NCBI GenBank assembly: GCA_000146045.2
Contig: BK006934.2
Coordinates: forward strand, 480,001-544,000
Source of the DNA: TPA_inf: Saccharomyces
Lineage: Eukaryota
Length of the DNA: 64,000 nucleotides
Direction: 5' to 3'
Part shown: positions 61,246 to 64,000 of the stretch, in pieces
How the letters are laid out: the number at the start of each line of letters is the position of its first letter
Position numbering within the stretch: the stretch's first letter is position 1
Notes under the pieces: generated by a model
What the model saw: only the letters and a program-made list of their open reading frames with translations
Database searches by the model: none
What the model was told of the DNA's origin: nothing
Made by a program: the position numbers and the translations under genes

Positions 61246-61286
61246 CTGCTGCTGCTGCTGCTATTGTTATTGTTGTTGTTGTTGTT
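61246..61286. repeat. (GCT)5 (ATT GTT)2 (GTT)5 trinucleotide repeat ~370 bp upstream of YHR214W
   Basis: Seen directly. Confidence 0.9.
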
Positions 61287-61650
61287 TTGGCCAATTGCTT
61301 ATGTGTTGGTCTGCAAATTAGCACCTCGTTCCCTGTTGGCAAACGCGCGCGTACAAGCCTTACAGGGCTTGAGAATGTTCTTCGTAGAAATGCATGCACA
61401 AAAATTTTGATCTAGCACACCATCGGTCTCTGTAGCTTCGGGCTCTATAGCTATGGGTTAGGAGTCCGTGAGTAGTAACAAGAAGAAGTATATAAAAAGC
61501 AGGTAAATCGTACTTCAATATGCTTCATTGTCACTGGATCGTCATATTCACTCTTGTTCTCATAATAGCAGTCCAAGTTTTCATCTTTGCAAGCTTTACT
61601 ATTTCTTTCTTTTTATTGGTAAACTCTCGCCCATTACAAAAAAAAAAGAG

Positions 61651-62262
61651 ATGTTCAATCGTTTTAACAAATTCCAAGCTGCTGTCGCTTTGGCCCTACT
61701 CTCTCGCGGCGCTCTCGGTGACTCTTACACCAATAGCACCTCCTCCGCAGACTTGAGTTCTATCACTTCCGTCTCGTCAGCTAGTGCAAGTGCCACCGCT
61801 TCCGACTCACTTTCTTCCAGTGACGGTACCGTTTATTTGCCATCCACAACAATTAGCGGTGATCTCACAGTTACTGGTAAAGTAATTGCAACCGAGGCCG
61901 TGGAAGTCGCTGCCGGTGGTAAGTTGACTTTACTTGACGGTGAAAAATACGTCTTCTCATCTGATCTAAAAGTTCACGGTGATTTGGTTGTCGAAAAGTC
62001 TGAAGCAAGCTACGAAGGTACCGCCTTCGACGTTTCTGGTGAGACTTTTGAAGTTTCCGGTAACTTCAGTGCTGAAGAAACTGGCGCTGTCTCCGCATCT
62101 ATCTATTCATTCACACCTAGCTCGTTCAAGAGCAGCGGTGACATTTCTTTGAGTTTGTCAAAGGCCAAGAAGGGTGAAGTCACCTTTTCTCCATACTCTA
62201 ACGCTGGTACCTTTTCTTTGTCAAATGCTATTCTCAACGGTGGTTCTGTTTCCGGTTTGTAA
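61651..62262 (+). CDS. YHR214W: 203-aa secreted protein, the N-terminal part of a Ser/Thr-rich GPI cell-wall protein. It is truncated by an in-frame TAA
   Basis: The ATG is at 61651, inside the TTG-extended track ORF. It has a signal peptide MFNRFNKFQAAVALALLSRGALG and a TATATAAA box at 61489..61496. It ends at TAA 62260..62262. Confidence 0.7.
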   Translation: MFNRFNKFQAAVALALLSRGALGDSYTNSTSSADLSSITSVSSASASATASDSLSSSDGTVYLPSTTISGDLTVTGKVIATEAVEVAAGGKLTLLDGEKYVFSSDLKVHGDLVVEKSEASYEGTAFDVSGETFEVSGNFSAEETGAVSASIYSFTPSSFKSSGDISLSLSKAKKGEVTFSPYSNAGTFSLSNAILNGGSVSGL

Positions 62263-63546
62263 CGTAGAGACGACGATGAAGGCTCTGTAAATAACGGTGA
62301 AATCAACCTAGACAATGGAAGTACCTATGTTATCGTTGAACCAGTTTCTGGAAACGGTACAATCAACATCGTCTCTGGTAACCTATACTTGCACTACCCT
62401 GACACCTTTACTGGCCAAACTGTTGTATTCAAGGGTGAAGGTGTTCTTGCCGTTGACCCAACCGAAACCAACGCCACTCCTATTCCTGTTGTTGGCTACA
62501 CCGGTAAGAACCAAATTGCCATTACCGCTGACATCACTGCTCTTTCTTACGACGGTACTACTGGTGTCTTAACTGCAACCCAAGGTAACAGACAATTCTC
62601 TTTTGAAATTGGTACTGGATTCTCTAGTTCTGGCTTCAGTGTCTCCGAAGGAATCTTCGCAGGCGCCTACTCATATTACCTAAACTATGACGGTGTCATC
62701 GCTACAAGCGCCGCATCCACATCCGCATCCACTACCTCTGGTGTTGTCTCTACTGCCACTGGTTCAGTCACTTTATCCTCTAACGCTTCTACCACCGTCT
62801 CTTCTACGATCTCTTCTAGCGCCCCAGACTCAATAATTCCTTCATCTAGCGCCTCCATCTCTGGTGTCTCAAACTCCACTACAGCATCTGGTTCAATCGC
62901 TTCTACTGCTTCCACCGCTTCCACTACTTCTACTGCATCCGCTGCATCCGCCACCAGCTTCACCTCAGGTTCCGCTTCTGTCTACACTACTACATTAACT
63001 TACTTGAATGCCACAAGTACAGTCGTGGTTTCCTGTTCAGAAACAACCGACGCTAGCGGTAACATTTACACCATTACCACAACTGTCCCATGCTCATCTA
63101 CCACTGCCACCATCACATCTTGTGACGAAAACGGATGCCATGTTCCAGCACCAACTGCTACCGACGCAACTGCAACCGTTTCCTCCAAATCATACACCAC
63201 TGTTACTGTTACTCACTGTGACAACAATGGCTGTAACACCAAGACTGTCACTTCTGAATGTTCTAAAGAAACTGCAGCAACCACCATTTCTCCAAAATCA
63301 TACACTACTGTTACCGTTACTCACTGTGACGACAACGGCTGTAACACCAAGACTGTCACTTCCGAGGCTTCCAAACAAACATCATTGGCCACTAGCACAG
63401 TCACCAAGTCTGCTGCTCCAACTTCTCATACTGCTGCTTCCAGCACCTTCACTGGTATTGTCGTTCAATCCGAAGGTATGGCTGCTGGTTTGAGAACCAA
63501 TGCTTTAAGTACTTTGGCAGGTATTTTCATCCTTGCTTTTTTTTAA
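62263..63546 (+). pseudogene. In-frame continuation of YHR214W, with no ATG, encoding 427 further codons. These comprise a Ser/Thr-rich region, 2 x 37-aa Cys repeats ([24 protein letters not shown]) and a C-terminal GPI-attachment signal ([23 protein letters not shown])
   Basis: The frame is open from 62263 to TAA 63544..63546 and is the same frame as YHR214W, since 62389 minus 61651 equals 738, which is 3 x 246. The track reports it as 62389..63546 with a TTG start. Confidence 0.65.
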
Positions 63547-63627
63547 AATGAGTGCGTAACCGTACTTTCCTAAAAATAACTAAGTAGAAAGTATTTTAAT
63601 ATATAAACGTGAGATATATGTGGGTAA

Positions 63628-63941
63628 TTAGATAATTGTTGGGATTCCATTGTTGATAAAGGCTATAATATTAGGTATACAGAATATACTAGAAGTTCTC
63701 CTCGAGGATATAGGAATCCTCAAAATGGAATCTATATTTCTACATACTAATATTACGATTATTCCTCATTCCGTTTTATATGTTTCATTATCCTATTACA
63801 TTATCAATCCTTGCACTTCAGCTTCCTCTAACCTCGATGACAGCTTCTCATAACTTATGTCATCATCTTAACACCGTATATGATAATATATTGATAATAT
63901 AACTATTAGTTGATAGACGATAGTGGATTTTTATTCCAACA
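63628..63941 (-). mobile_element. Ty1/Ty2-type delta LTR in minus orientation, the 3' LTR of a full element
   Basis: The reverse complement matches the delta consensus from TGTTGGAATA (ending at 63941) through ...GGAATCCCAACAATTATCT. Confidence 0.85.
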
Positions 63942-64000
63942 TACCACCCATAATGTAATAGATCTAATGAATCCATTTGTTTGTTAATAGTTTGAATGTT
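63942..64000 (-). mobile_element. Ty1 internal 3' end, with the polypurine tract TGGGTGGTA directly abutting the LTR. The element continues beyond the window end
   Basis: The reverse complement of 63942..64000 reads AACATTCAAACTATTAACAAACAAATGGATTCATTAGATCTATTACATTATGGGTGGTA, which is the Ty1 TYB 3' end plus the polypurine tract. Confidence 0.8.

Noticed and set aside
63008-63493. 161-aa plus-strand ORF ([13 protein letters not shown]...), corresponding to the annotated YHR214W-A-type dubious ORF
   Set aside because: It lies wholly inside the 385-codon continuation of YHR214W but in a different frame. The alternative frame carries the coherent repeat structure and GPI signal.

Overview
This window is Saccharomyces cerevisiae nuclear DNA, not prokaryotic. 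It is collinear with the distal right arm of chromosome VIII, running from the KOG1 N-terminus through IKI1, GPI16, PTH1, ERG9, CTF8, LNP1, EGD2, MDM31, NVJ1, UTP9, RIX1, AIM18, AIM46, NBL1, RPN10, PPX1, YHR202W, RPS4B, MNL1, SCH9, SKN7, SET5, BAT1, CRG1 and YHR210C to FLO5. Beyond FLO5 it continues into the subtelomeric block distal to FLO5 and ends inside the 3' end of a minus-strand Ty1 element. The gene identities come from my recognition of the translated ORFs; I could not run any searches. I corrected the supplied six-frame track in several places, because it accepts TTG and GTG as starts and so over-extends N-termini. I also added what it cannot see: two spliced genes with tiny first exons (NBL1 and RPS4B) and the KOG1 CDS, which runs off the window start. 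I found no defence-system-like, operon-like or foreign-looking insertion. Coding density, codon usage and intron signals are typical yeast throughout. The first ~42 kb is ordinary and densely coded. The interesting part is the accessory region from ~42 kb to 64 kb. It contains the highly repetitive FLO5 adhesin gene, a ~9 kb stretch with no long ORFs downstream of it, a three-copy diverged repeat family sitting upstream of FLO5 and of a FLO-like pseudogene, a cell-wall-protein gene (YHR214W) broken by a single in-frame TAA with an intact 385-codon in-frame continuation that ends in a GPI-anchor signal, a small GC-rich island of overlapping dubious ORFs, and a Ty1 3' LTR with its polypurine tract.
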